Source: an uncultured Gemmatimonadales bacterium (GTDB lineage Bacteria > Gemmatimonadota > Gemmatimonadetes > Gemmatimonadales > GWC2-71-9). Taken from it: a stretch of DNA of 64,000 nucleotides. The stretch covers positions 224,001 to 288,000 of the forward strand of contig CAVSQW010000008.1 of NCBI GenBank assembly GCA_963730185.1, in the 5' to 3' direction. Positions 17,591-26,367 of this stretch are shown one piece after another. The position numbers were made by a program, and so were the translations under genes. Position 1 is the first letter of the stretch; each line of letters starts with the position of its first letter. The notes below the pieces were generated by a model that saw only the letters and a program-made list of their open reading frames with translations, had not been told where the DNA came from and made no database searches.

Positions 17591-19953
17591 TCCGCGGCGC
17601 CCGTCGGATCGGGCATGATGGTGCCGATGGCCGGGGGCAGGGCGACGTTCGCCGCATCGCCGTGGCCGTTCGGTCGCCGCAGATCGGCCAGCGCGCCCCG
17701 CACCCGGTCCGATAGCCGGCGCTCCTCCCGGAGCAGCTCGATCAGGGTTTCGATCCGCCGGGACTCGAGCGGGAGGGCCGCCGCCTTGTCGAAGAGGTGG
17801 TCGACCTCGGCCTTCTGCGCCACCAACGTCTCCAACGCCGCCCGCAGGTCGCCGAGCAAGGCATCGGCGTAGGCCAGCCGCTCTTCGGCCGCCGCCAGCT
17901 GGCGTTGCCGGGCGTCGAGCGTGCCCCCCAGCGTGTCGGCTTCCTGCACCCGAGCCAGGAGTCGATCGAGCTCGGCCCGGGCCTGGGCGAGCTCCGGCTC
18001 GGCCTGAGTCAAGGCTCGCACGTTGACGAGCACCTGTTCCGAGAGTCCGTGAAGTCCTCGAATCTCCGCTTCCAGGCTGGCGATCCCGGCCCGCCGGGCG
18101 ACCGCGCTCTCCATGGCGCGGGCCAGCTGCTGTTCCAGGCCCCGCCATTCCACCAGACGGGCTTCGAAGCCGGTGATCCGGTCCTGGATGGTTCCCAGGC
18201 CGGCGATCTTGAGATCGAGCTCCCGAGTGCGCCCGTCGAGGGTGCCGACCCGCTCGTCCGCCCGGGCCAGCTGATCCTGGACCTCGCGGGTTCGCTGCGC
18301 CAGCGTCTCGGCCACGTCGGACGCCTCGGCCCGGAGGGTGGTGGCCCGGTCCAGGTGCTCGGCGGCCTGCCGGAGCGCCTCTTCCCGGCCGGCCACGTCG
18401 CGACCGAGCCGCTCGATCCGATCGGCGAGCGCTTCGAGGCCGCCGGTCCGTCGTTCCACGGCGCTCGTCGCGCCGTCGGCGGCCTTGACCCGTTGTTCGA
18501 GCGCTCGGGCGTCGGCAGCGAGGGTGTCGAGCTCGGCCTCCATCCGCGCCACCGTCTCGAGGCGGGGCAGCAGCTCGTCGACCCGCGTTTCCACGGTCGC
18601 CAGGTCGTCCCGGGTCCGGTCGAGCGAGGCGCGACCGTCCTGGATCTCGTCCAACGCCTGGCGGATGGCGTCTCGCCCGCCGGCGACGGCGGCGAGATCG
18701 CGCACGGCGTCGTCGAGGGTCGGCCGGGCTGCGTCGATCTGGGCCATCTGCTGGCTCAACCCGTCGAGGGTGGCCTGGAGGCGGTTGGCGTCGTCCCAGC
18801 CGGCCTTGGCACGGCTTGCCAGCTCGGAGACTTGGGCCAGGTCGGCCGCCACCTTCGAGACCTGGGCCGCAACGGCCTCGGCCTCCGCCGCCGAGGGCGC
18901 GAGGGTCTCCAGCCGCTCGGCGGTCTCGGCCAGGCGGGCGTCGGTGTCGCTCACGGCGCTGCGAAGGGCGGCCGTCCGGTCGGTCACCTGTTCGACACTC
19001 CGCCGCTCACTTGCCAGCAGCTCGGCTTGACGGCTCAGTTGGGCGTCGATCTCGTGCAGTCGGCGGCCCGCGTCCGACTGTCCCTTCTCGATGGTCTCGA
19101 GGCGGGTCCGGCTGGCGTCGGCCCGGGCGGCCTGGTCGACCTGCCGGGTGCCGGCCGCGTCGACCGCGGCGCCGAGCTCCGCGACCTGGCGGGCCAGCGC
19201 GGTTTGCCGCTCGATGCCGGCCTCCGCCTGCGCCATCATCGTGGTCAGCCGGTCGAGCGTCACGACGGCCCGATCGATCCCGTCCCGCTGCTGTTCGAGC
19301 ACCGCGACCTTCTGGCCCAGCTGGTCGGCCGCGGCGCGCGCGGCGCCGAGCTGTCGCTTCGTTTGCGCGATGGCCTCGGCGGTGGGGCCGAGGTCCATGG
19401 AGAGTTGCTCCAGGCCGGAGAGCCGGTTGTCGAGCTCGGCCACCCGGCGGGTGGCCCGGGTCCAGTCGGCGTGGAACGACTCGAGCTGCGCGGTCGCCGC
19501 CTGGTGCTGTCCGACGGTGGTTTCGTGCTGGGTCCGGAGCGTTGCGAGGTCGGCTTGGTGGCGCTCCAGCTGCTCGGTCAGGGTCAGGGCCTCGCCCTGC
19601 AGGGCGCGGAAGGGGCTCTCCAGTGCCAGAAACCCGTCGAGGTCGGTCTTGAGGGCCAGGGCCCGGTCGAGCGACTCGGTCAGGGTGGCGACCTGCTCGG
19701 CGAGTCGATCAGTGGCGGCGCGGGATTCGTCGAGCCGGCCGGCCAGCTCGGTCACCACCTCGAGCCTGGTCTCGGCCGCGGAGAGGCGGGCCGCCATGGC
19801 GTCGAGCTGCTCGAGCTGTTGGATCGATCGGTCGGCGTGCTGGACGAGGAGCTCGAGGTTGCCGCGGCGGGACTCGAGCTTGGCCGACATCTCGTCGAGG
19901 CGGGCGAGGTCGCGCGCGGGATCGCGGCGAAGGTTCTTGAGGAAAGACGCCAT
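17587..19953 (-). CDS. Long coiled-coil protein (788 aa), function unknown
   Basis: A/L/E/R/Q-rich heptad pattern throughout; no Walker A, TM helix or signal peptide seen. Confidence 0.85.
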   Translation of the reverse strand: MASFLKNLRRDPARDLARLDEMSAKLESRRGNLELLVQHADRSIQQLEQLDAMAARLSAAETRLEVVTELAGRLDESRAATDRLAEQVATLTESLDRALALKTDLDGFLALESPFRALQGEALTLTEQLERHQADLATLRTQHETTVGQHQAATAQLESFHADWTRATRRVAELDNRLSGLEQLSMDLGPTAEAIAQTKRQLGAARAAADQLGQKVAVLEQQRDGIDRAVVTLDRLTTMMAQAEAGIERQTALARQVAELGAAVDAAGTRQVDQAARADASRTRLETIEKGQSDAGRRLHEIDAQLSRQAELLASERRSVEQVTDRTAALRSAVSDTDARLAETAERLETLAPSAAEAEAVAAQVSKVAADLAQVSELASRAKAGWDDANRLQATLDGLSQQMAQIDAARPTLDDAVRDLAAVAGGRDAIRQALDEIQDGRASLDRTRDDLATVETRVDELLPRLETVARMEAELDTLAADARALEQRVKAADGATSAVERRTGGLEALADRIERLGRDVAGREEALRQAAEHLDRATTLRAEASDVAETLAQRTREVQDQLARADERVGTLDGRTRELDLKIAGLGTIQDRITGFEARLVEWRGLEQQLARAMESAVARRAGIASLEAEIRGLHGLSEQVLVNVRALTQAEPELAQARAELDRLLARVQEADTLGGTLDARQRQLAAAEERLAYADALLGDLRAALETLVAQKAEVDHLFDKAAALPLESRRIETLIELLREERRLSDRVRGALADLRRPNGHGDAANVALPPAIGTIMPDPTGAAD

Positions 19954-20206
19954 CGATGCTGTCCCCCGCGCAAGAGTCGGCAGTGTCCGGAAAGACGGCT
20001 GGCACGCGCCGCGAATCGCGAGGTGAAATGCAAGGTTGAGGCCGGTGGGCGCGGCCGGATCGGTCGGGGGGACAACCGGCGGCGGCGCACTGCGATAGAT
20101 TGGGGGGCCGAACCACGGCCGACCACCCGGGTGGTGGGGGCCGGGACAGGCATTTCGCGGTCCGGTTTGGTATCGTCAACGCATGAATGTCGAGATTTCG
20201 AGGGCC

Positions 20207-20884
20207 ATGCCACGTTCTTCGATCGGTCTGGGAGTGGCGCTGCTGGTGGCGGCGTCCGGGTGCAAGTCGAGCTCCACCACGAATCCCACGACGGATCCGC
20301 CGAACGTCGTCGAGGTCGTCTCCGGCGACGGTCAGTCCGTCGTGGTGCATGAGCCGGCCGCCGAACCGTTGGTGGTGAGGGTGACCGATGGCACCGGCGG
20401 GCCGGTGGCCGGCGTGACGGTCGGCTTCGTGCCCGGCATCGGCGGGAGCTTCTCCACCCCGGTGGCGACCGATGCCGACGGGCGGACGACCTCGACCTTC
20501 ACCGCGTCGTCCCGGGCTGGGGTCGATACCATCCGGGCCTCCGCCCCGACGTCGACGACGAAGGCCGTGTTCGTGTTCACGATCCTGCCAGGTCCGGCCG
20601 CTGGGCTCCGGAAGCTGGCCGGCGACGGACAGGTCGCGCCGCCCGGCACGACCCTGAGCTATCCGTTCGTGGTGGACGTGAAGGATGCCGACGCGAACAA
20701 CTTGCAGGACGTGGCGGTGACCTGGACCACCGCGGCGGGAACGCTGAGCGCCACCGCCACGCCGACCGACTCGACCGGCCAGGCGCAGACGGTGCTCACC
20801 CTTCCGGCCACGGCCGGGACCTTCAAGATCACGGCCCACGTCGACGGGCTGGCCGACGTGACGTTCACGGCCTTCGCCCGGTAG
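20207..20884 (+). CDS. Lipoprotein with two bacterial Ig-like (Big_1-type) domains
   Basis: Lipobox AASG-C; two repeats of the (S/A)GDGQ...P.VV.V.D...V.V.(F/W)...TD..G pattern. Confidence 0.83.
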   Translation: MPRSSIGLGVALLVAASGCKSSSTTNPTTDPPNVVEVVSGDGQSVVVHEPAAEPLVVRVTDGTGGPVAGVTVGFVPGIGGSFSTPVATDADGRTTSTFTASSRAGVDTIRASAPTSTTKAVFVFTILPGPAAGLRKLAGDGQVAPPGTTLSYPFVVDVKDADANNLQDVAVTWTTAAGTLSATATPTDSTGQAQTVLTLPATAGTFKITAHVDGLADVTFTAFAR

Positions 20885-20887
20885 CGT

Positions 20888-21727
20888 CTACTCCGGAAAC
20901 ACCTGCTGGAACAGCTTGAGCATCGCCGCCCAGGACTGCTGGTCCGCCTGGGCGTCGTACCCGAGCTGCGACATGCCGACGCTGTCGGCGTGCGGGTTGG
21001 TGAAGCTGTGCTTGACGCCGGGGTAGGTGATGACCTGCACGTCGGCGCCCGCGGCCTCCATCTCCTTCCGGAAGCTCTCCACCTGCTCGGCCGGCACGAA
21101 CGGATCGGCCCCACCGGTCTGCACCAGAATCCGCGCCTTGACCGCCCCTGAGTCGACCGGGCCGAGGCCGGCCAGGGCTCCGTGAAACGTGGCGACGGCC
21201 GCGAGGTCGGCGCCGGCCCGGGCCATCCCGAGCACCACGGCGCCGCCGAAGCAGTAGCCGATGGCGGCGACCCTGGTCGAATCCACGTGCGGGTCCCGCT
21301 TGAGCTGATCGAGCGCGGCGTTGAACCGGGCGGCCACCACGGCCGGGTCCTTGGTCGCTTCCTGCGCGAAAGCCTGGGCGCTGTCCGGGTGAACCGTGAC
21401 CTTGCCGTCGCCGTACATGTCGAGGGCGAACCCGACGTAGCCGGCCTCGGCCAGCCGGCGGGCCTGGTGTCGGGCGTGGTCGTTCAATCCCCACCACTCG
21501 TGAACGACCAACACCCCGGGGCGCTTGCCCGGAGCGTTCGCGTCCCAGGCCACGAAGCCGTGCAGTCGGGTGTTGCCGACTTGGTAGTCGAGCTCCCGGG
21601 TCTGCACGTCGGGCGCGGCCACGGCGGCGGCCGACGCCTCCCCGGTCTTGGCCCCCTCCGTCTTGCAGGACGCCAGGGTGGTCGCGGTCAGGGCGAGAGT
21701 GAGCAACGTCGAACCGGGACGGGGCAT
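20888..21727 (-). CDS. Dienelactone hydrolase family lipoprotein
   Basis: Lipobox TLAS-C; HEWWG; GYCFGG; D; HSF. Confidence 0.92.
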   Translation of the reverse strand: MPRPGSTLLTLALTATTLASCKTEGAKTGEASAAAVAAPDVQTRELDYQVGNTRLHGFVAWDANAPGKRPGVLVVHEWWGLNDHARHQARRLAEAGYVGFALDMYGDGKVTVHPDSAQAFAQEATKDPAVVAARFNAALDQLKRDPHVDSTRVAAIGYCFGGAVVLGMARAGADLAAVATFHGALAGLGPVDSGAVKARILVQTGGADPFVPAEQVESFRKEMEAAGADVQVITYPGVKHSFTNPHADSVGMSQLGYDAQADQQSWAAMLKLFQQVFPE

Positions 21728-21882
21728 GGCGGCGCTCCAGGAAAGGGTCGTCGTCGGGGTTGATCGGCGGGGGGCACGGCGCCGGGGCGTCGAACCGGTC
21801 CACCGGATGAATTGGTCGATCCCTGAAAATAGCGCGGATGGTGAGGATGCCAGAGCGGGCGCGGGCCGTCGCGGGGCCGGGG

Positions 21883-22575
21883 TCAGTCGCCGGGCGCGAC
21901 CATCGGCTCGGTTTCGGAGGGTCTCGGCCGGCGGTGGCCGGGCTTGGGGTCGAGGGGGCTGTAGACCGCGATTCCCAGGGCCGCCCAGCCGGTTCCCGCC
22001 AGCAGCGCTCCGATCACGTCGCTCGGATAGTGCACGGCCAGGTACACTCGCGAGATCGCGATGGCTAGCGCCAGCGCGAGGCCGGCGCCCGTGGCCAGAG
22101 CCGCGACCCAGCGCGGGCCCGGCCGGGCCAGGAGCAGCGCCCCGAGTCCGAACACCAGGGGCGCCAACATCGCGTGGCCGGAGGGATAGGAGTAGCCCCC
22201 GGCGCTGTCGAGATGAGGCAGGACCGCCGGCCGCGGACGTCCGAAGGCCTGTTTGAGGAGCAGGTTGAGCGCCCAGCCGGAGAGTACGGTCACCAGGTAG
22301 CAGCGCGACGCGATCCGGTCGCCGCGGCGGCGGAGCAGCCAGGCGACCAGCAGCCCGCTCGGGATCGCGATGGCCCCCGCCCCGATCGCGCTCAGGACTC
22401 CCATCCAGCCCGTGAGCGTGTCCGTTCGGAGCCCGGCTACGCGCTCGAGGATTCGCTCGTCCCAGGCCGTGAGCGCCCCGCCCAGGGCCAGGCGCCCCAA
22501 CCCGCCCACCACGAAGAAGGAGAGCAGAACGCCGGCGAGGAGCCAGGCGCGCACGCGGGGATCACGGGTGAGCAT
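21883..22575 (-). CDS. PAP2 family membrane phosphatase
   Basis: KQAFGRPRP, SYPSGH, SRVYLAVHYPSD; several TM helices. Confidence 0.9.
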   Translation of the reverse strand: MLTRDPRVRAWLLAGVLLSFFVVGGLGRLALGGALTAWDERILERVAGLRTDTLTGWMGVLSAIGAGAIAIPSGLLVAWLLRRRGDRIASRCYLVTVLSGWALNLLLKQAFGRPRPAVLPHLDSAGGYSYPSGHAMLAPLVFGLGALLLARPGPRWVAALATGAGLALALAIAISRVYLAVHYPSDVIGALLAGTGWAALGIAVYSPLDPKPGHRRPRPSETEPMVAPGD

Positions 22576-22741
22576 GGACGCAATGTCGCCCCCAAGGCGA
22601 CCGCATCGCCACGGTCGGGACCGGCCGCGCCGAGGAGAGCCGTCGTCGGCCGGCCCGGCCGGCTGAAACCAGGCGGGCGGGCTCGGCGTCGGGACAAGAA
22701 GAGATGTTACCGAATGCAACGCCAGCCGACGGGAGGATGGA

Positions 22742-23221
22742 GTGAACGGACTTACTTTGATGGTGTTGTCCGGGCTGATGGTGGGCGGGGGCCCGGCCAG
22801 CAGCCCGACGATCGATCTCAACCGGGCCACGGTCGACGAACTGTTGGCCTTTCCCGGGATCGGACGCCTCTACGCACACAAGATCGTGGAGGCTCGGCCG
22901 TTCGTGGCCCGAAGCGAGCTGGTCTCGCGCGACGTGATCCCGGTCTCCGTCTACCTGGCCATCAAGAGCCGCCTCTACGTGACCCGGCCGGCGGCGGCGG
23001 GAGCGGAGGCGGGGCCGGTGGTGCCGTTGCCGCCGGGCACGCTGGATCTCAACCGGGCGTCGCGGGATCGGTTGCTGGCGGTGCCGGGGATCGGGATGCG
23101 GTACGCCGATCGGATCATCGCCGGCCGACCGTATCGGACCGAGCTCGAGCTGGTGGCCCGGCGGATCGTGCCGCTGACCGCCTTCGAGAAGATCCAGGGC
23201 TTCCTCGTGGCTCGCCGTTAG
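22742..23221 (+). CDS. Exported helix-hairpin-helix DNA-binding protein (ComEA-like, two HhH domains)
   Basis: Signal-like N-terminus; two DLNRA...L...PGIG..YA..I...RP(F/Y) repeats. Confidence 0.85.
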   Translation: MNGLTLMVLSGLMVGGGPASSPTIDLNRATVDELLAFPGIGRLYAHKIVEARPFVARSELVSRDVIPVSVYLAIKSRLYVTRPAAAGAEAGPVVPLPPGTLDLNRASRDRLLAVPGIGMRYADRIIAGRPYRTELELVARRIVPLTAFEKIQGFLVARR

Positions 23222-23336
23222 GCAGACGGGGTGCGGGCCGGTCCGTCGGGGGCCGGCCCAGCCGGGCCCAGGGGTCGCGCTCGCCCCGAGGGCCCGGGCG
23301 GTGCTAGGTTCCAGCCTTCTCGAGCGAATTCGACGA

Positions 23337-24593
23337 GTGATCAACGGAATTCTGGAGCTCACGGACCGCGGTGTCGGTCACCTCCGCCGGCGGGAAGCCG
23401 GCTACGCGCCCGAGGCGGGCGACCTCCGGGTCGACGACCGCGTCATCCGCGCGCTCGGTCTCCGGTCCGGCGACGAGATCGTCGGCGAGCTCGGGGACGG
23501 CAGTGCCGTTCCCGAGCCGGGGCCGGCGGCCGAGGCGGACGGCGAGCGAGGGCAGGGCCGAAGCCGGCGCGGCCGGGGGCGGAACCGCCGTCGGCGGGGC
23601 GGTGATCGGAGCGGCGGTCGCGGCGAGGGCTCGCGGGGCGGCGGCGGACCGGCGCTGGTGCGGGTCGTCTCGATCAACGGCCGCAAGCCGGAGGAGCTGG
23701 GCGAGCGCCGCCAGTGGGACCGGCTCGGGGCCGTGCACCCGAACGAGCAGCTCCGCCTCGAGTGCCCCCTGATCCGTCGGGGCCAGCCGGACTACACCAC
23801 CCGGGTCATCGATCTGCTCTGTCCGCTCGGCAAGGGGCAGCGAGCTCTGGTGGTGGCTCCCGCCAAGGCGGGCAAGACGATGGTTCTCCAAGCGATCGCC
23901 GAGGGCATCCTCACCAACAATCCCACCGCGACCGTATTCATCCTGCTGGTCGACGAGCGGCCGGAGGAGGTCTTCGAGATGGAGGCCGCCGGCTTCGGGG
24001 AGGTGGTGGCTTCGAGCTTCGATCACCCGCCCGCCCGTCACGTGGCCTGTGCCGAGCTGCTGCTCGAGCGGGCCCGGCGCCGGGTCGAGCTGGGCGAGGA
24101 CGTGGTCTTGATCGTCGACTCGATCACCCGCCTGGCTCGGGCCTACAACGCGGTCGTGAAGGGCACCGGCCGCACCCTCTCGGGCGGGCTCGACGCCCAG
24201 TCCCTCGAGCGCCCCAAGCGCTTTCTCGGCAGCGCCCGAAAGGTCGATGCCGGGCAGGGAGGCGGCTCGCTCACCATCATCGCCACGGCGCTGATCGATA
24301 CTGGCAGCCGGATGGATCAGCTGATCTTCGAGGAGTTCAAGGGCACCGGCAACAGCGAGCTGGTGCTGAGCCGCGATCTGGCCGATCGCCGGGTGTTCCC
24401 GGCCATCGACATCGTCGCGAGCGGCACCCGCCGCGAGGAGCTGTTGCTCTCGGAGGAGGCCCTTGGCGTGGCTCGGCAGATCCGGCAGCGGATCGGCAGG
24501 CAGACCCCGCTGGCGGCGATGAACGACCTGCTCGTCGATCTCAAGCGGAGCCGCTCCAACGCCGAGCTGATTGCGCAGCTGGCCGGCCGCTGA
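23337..24593 (+). CDS. rho: Transcription termination factor Rho, atypical short form
   Basis: PLGKGQR, APAKAGKT (Walker A), LVDERPEEV, DSITRLARAYN, SGGLD, FEEFKGTGNSEL, SGTRREELL. Confidence 0.92.
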   Translation: MINGILELTDRGVGHLRRREAGYAPEAGDLRVDDRVIRALGLRSGDEIVGELGDGSAVPEPGPAAEADGERGQGRSRRGRGRNRRRRGGDRSGGRGEGSRGGGGPALVRVVSINGRKPEELGERRQWDRLGAVHPNEQLRLECPLIRRGQPDYTTRVIDLLCPLGKGQRALVVAPAKAGKTMVLQAIAEGILTNNPTATVFILLVDERPEEVFEMEAAGFGEVVASSFDHPPARHVACAELLLERARRRVELGEDVVLIVDSITRLARAYNAVVKGTGRTLSGGLDAQSLERPKRFLGSARKVDAGQGGGSLTIIATALIDTGSRMDQLIFEEFKGTGNSELVLSRDLADRRVFPAIDIVASGTRREELLLSEEALGVARQIRQRIGRQTPLAAMNDLLVDLKRSRSNAELIAQLAGR

Positions 24594-24726
24594 GCCGGGG
24601 CGGTCGCCTTCCGGCGGGTTCGGGCGTATACTCTCAGCCGGGGCGCATCTCTGGCGGTCGCGATGGTGGCGACTCACGGGACGGGTGCGCTGCTTCACCG
24701 GATTCAGAACTCAGCCTCAGAGCGCC

Positions 24727-25518
24727 ATGTCTCCTCTCTCGCGCGGCCTGGGCCCGGGTCAGCACGACTCTCACCGGCTCTTTCTGGCCGCTCTTCCCGC
24801 CATTCGGCGAATCATCGGCGTCCTGGCTCGTCGTTACGACCTCGAGCCCGCCGACGCGGAAGACTTCGCCTCCTGGAGCGTCGTCCGGCTGCTCGACGAC
24901 GACTGCGCCATCCTCCGGCGGTTTCACGGTCGGAGCGCGCTCGCCACCTACCTGATGGCGGTGATCTGCAACCTGTTCCGGGATTATCGGAACGCGCAGT
25001 GGGGCCGCTGGCGCCCGTCGGCGGCGGCCCGCCGCCTCGGACCGTTAGGCATCGAGCTGGACCGGCTGATCAATCGCGACGGGATCGGCGAGGAGCAGGC
25101 TGCCCGGCTCCTGGCAGAAGCCCGGCGCGGACCCGAGGCCGAGCTCCGGCGGTTGGCTCGCTCGCTGCCCCGCCGGGTCCGCCGTCGCGAGGTCGGACCG
25201 GGGGCGCTCCCGCTCGCGGTGGCGGCGGAGACGGCCGACGACCGGATCGATCGCGAAGAGGCCGAGCGGGCCCGGGCCCGGGCGCTGGAGGCGATGCGGA
25301 CCGTGATCGGCGCGCTGCCGCTCGAGGAGCGCCGGATTCTCCAGATGCGATACTGGGAAGGCCGTTCGATCGCCGACGTGGCCCGGGCGCTCCACTTGGA
25401 GCAGAAGCCGCTCTACCGGCGGCTCGAGTCGATTCAACGGCGCCTCCACCAGGCCCTGCTCGCCCTGGGCGTCGACCGGAGCTGCGCCGCCCTGGCGCTG
25501 GAGCTCGATCGGGCCTGA
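24727..25518 (+). CDS. ECF-type sigma-70 family sigma factor
   Basis: Region 2 DAEDF..FHGRSALATYL..NLFRDY; region 4 LPLEERRILQMRYWEGRSIADVARAL; long linker WGRWRPSAAARRLG; TATACT -10-like box at 24637-24642. Confidence 0.88.
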   Translation: MSPLSRGLGPGQHDSHRLFLAALPAIRRIIGVLARRYDLEPADAEDFASWSVVRLLDDDCAILRRFHGRSALATYLMAVICNLFRDYRNAQWGRWRPSAAARRLGPLGIELDRLINRDGIGEEQAARLLAEARRGPEAELRRLARSLPRRVRRREVGPGALPLAVAAETADDRIDREEAERARARALEAMRTVIGALPLEERRILQMRYWEGRSIADVARALHLEQKPLYRRLESIQRRLHQALLALGVDRSCAALALELDRA

Positions 25519-25564
25519 CGCCTGAGGCCGCGGGCGCGGCCGCCGTCGCTTCGGGAACGGCCAC

Positions 25565-25603
25565 CCCTCGACCTCGAATCCCTCCACCTCGAATTCCGCC
25601 ACC
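25565..25603 (+). repeat. Short 15-bp tandem repeat, about 2.6 copies, between convergent genes
   Basis: ccctcgacctcgaat / ccctccacctcgaat / tccgccacc. Confidence 0.6.
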
Positions 25604-25654
25604 AGCGGCCGACCCGCTCTATGCCGGCGGGCGGCCGTTCGTTAGGCGATCTCG

Positions 25655-26365
25655 TCAGGGAAGAGGGCGGATCCTGATGTTTCGGTACGCCACCCGATCG
25701 CCGTGGTCCTGGAGGCCGATCACCCCCTCGGCGGCCTGGCCGTACTCCGGCCACTCGTGGAACTTGGACCGGGCGACCCGGGCGGTCCAATCGGGGCTCT
25801 TGAGCTGGTACGACACCATCAGCCGGCCGTTGAGCCAGTGCTCCACCTGGTCGCCCCGGACCTCGATCCAGACCGTGTTCCACTGGCCGGCCGGATGGAC
25901 CACGCCCCGGGGGGCGGGGTAGAGACCGTAGTCGGATCCGGCCGAGGTGAGCGGCGACTTGCCGTCGGGGTGGCGGGCGTCGTCGAGCACCTGCATCTCC
26001 GGCGCGCTGAAATAGAGGGCCCGGGCCTCGGGGTCGGCTGCCTCGACGCCCCGATACATGATCCCGCTGTTCCCGCCCGGCGCGATCTTCCAGTCGAGCC
26101 GGAGCTCGAAGTTCCGGAAGGTCCGGTCGGTGACGATGTCGCCGCCCGGCGCCTCCCGGGTCAGGGCCCCGTCGACGATCTTCCAGCCGGCCGGCATCGG
26201 CTTGTGTCCGTAACCGTGCCAGCCGGCCGTGGACCGGCCGTCGAAGAGCAGCTGCCAGCCGGCCGCTTTCTCGGCCGGCGTGAGGGCATTCTGGGCGCTC
26301 TGCGCGAGGAGAGCGGGGGCGGCGGCGAACAGGATCGCGACGGCGATCCCGGAGGTGCGTGGCAT
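25655..26365 (-). CDS. DUF1080 (3-keto-disaccharide hydrolase family) exported protein
   Basis: GWQLLFDG, NFELRLDWK, GNSG, EMQVLD, GQWN, HWLNG, IGLQDHG, YRNIRI. Confidence 0.92.
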   Translation of the reverse strand: MPRTSGIAVAILFAAAPALLAQSAQNALTPAEKAAGWQLLFDGRSTAGWHGYGHKPMPAGWKIVDGALTREAPGGDIVTDRTFRNFELRLDWKIAPGGNSGIMYRGVEAADPEARALYFSAPEMQVLDDARHPDGKSPLTSAGSDYGLYPAPRGVVHPAGQWNTVWIEVRGDQVEHWLNGRLMVSYQLKSPDWTARVARSKFHEWPEYGQAAEGVIGLQDHGDRVAYRNIRIRPLP

Positions 26366-26367
26366 GA

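Noticed and set aside
20000..20016. TGGCAC suggesting a sigma-54 promoter
   Set aside because: No TTGC -12 element at the required spacing
25565..25603. Tandem repeat considered as a possible mini-CRISPR
   Set aside because: 15-bp units with no spacers, fewer than three copies, and no cas genes
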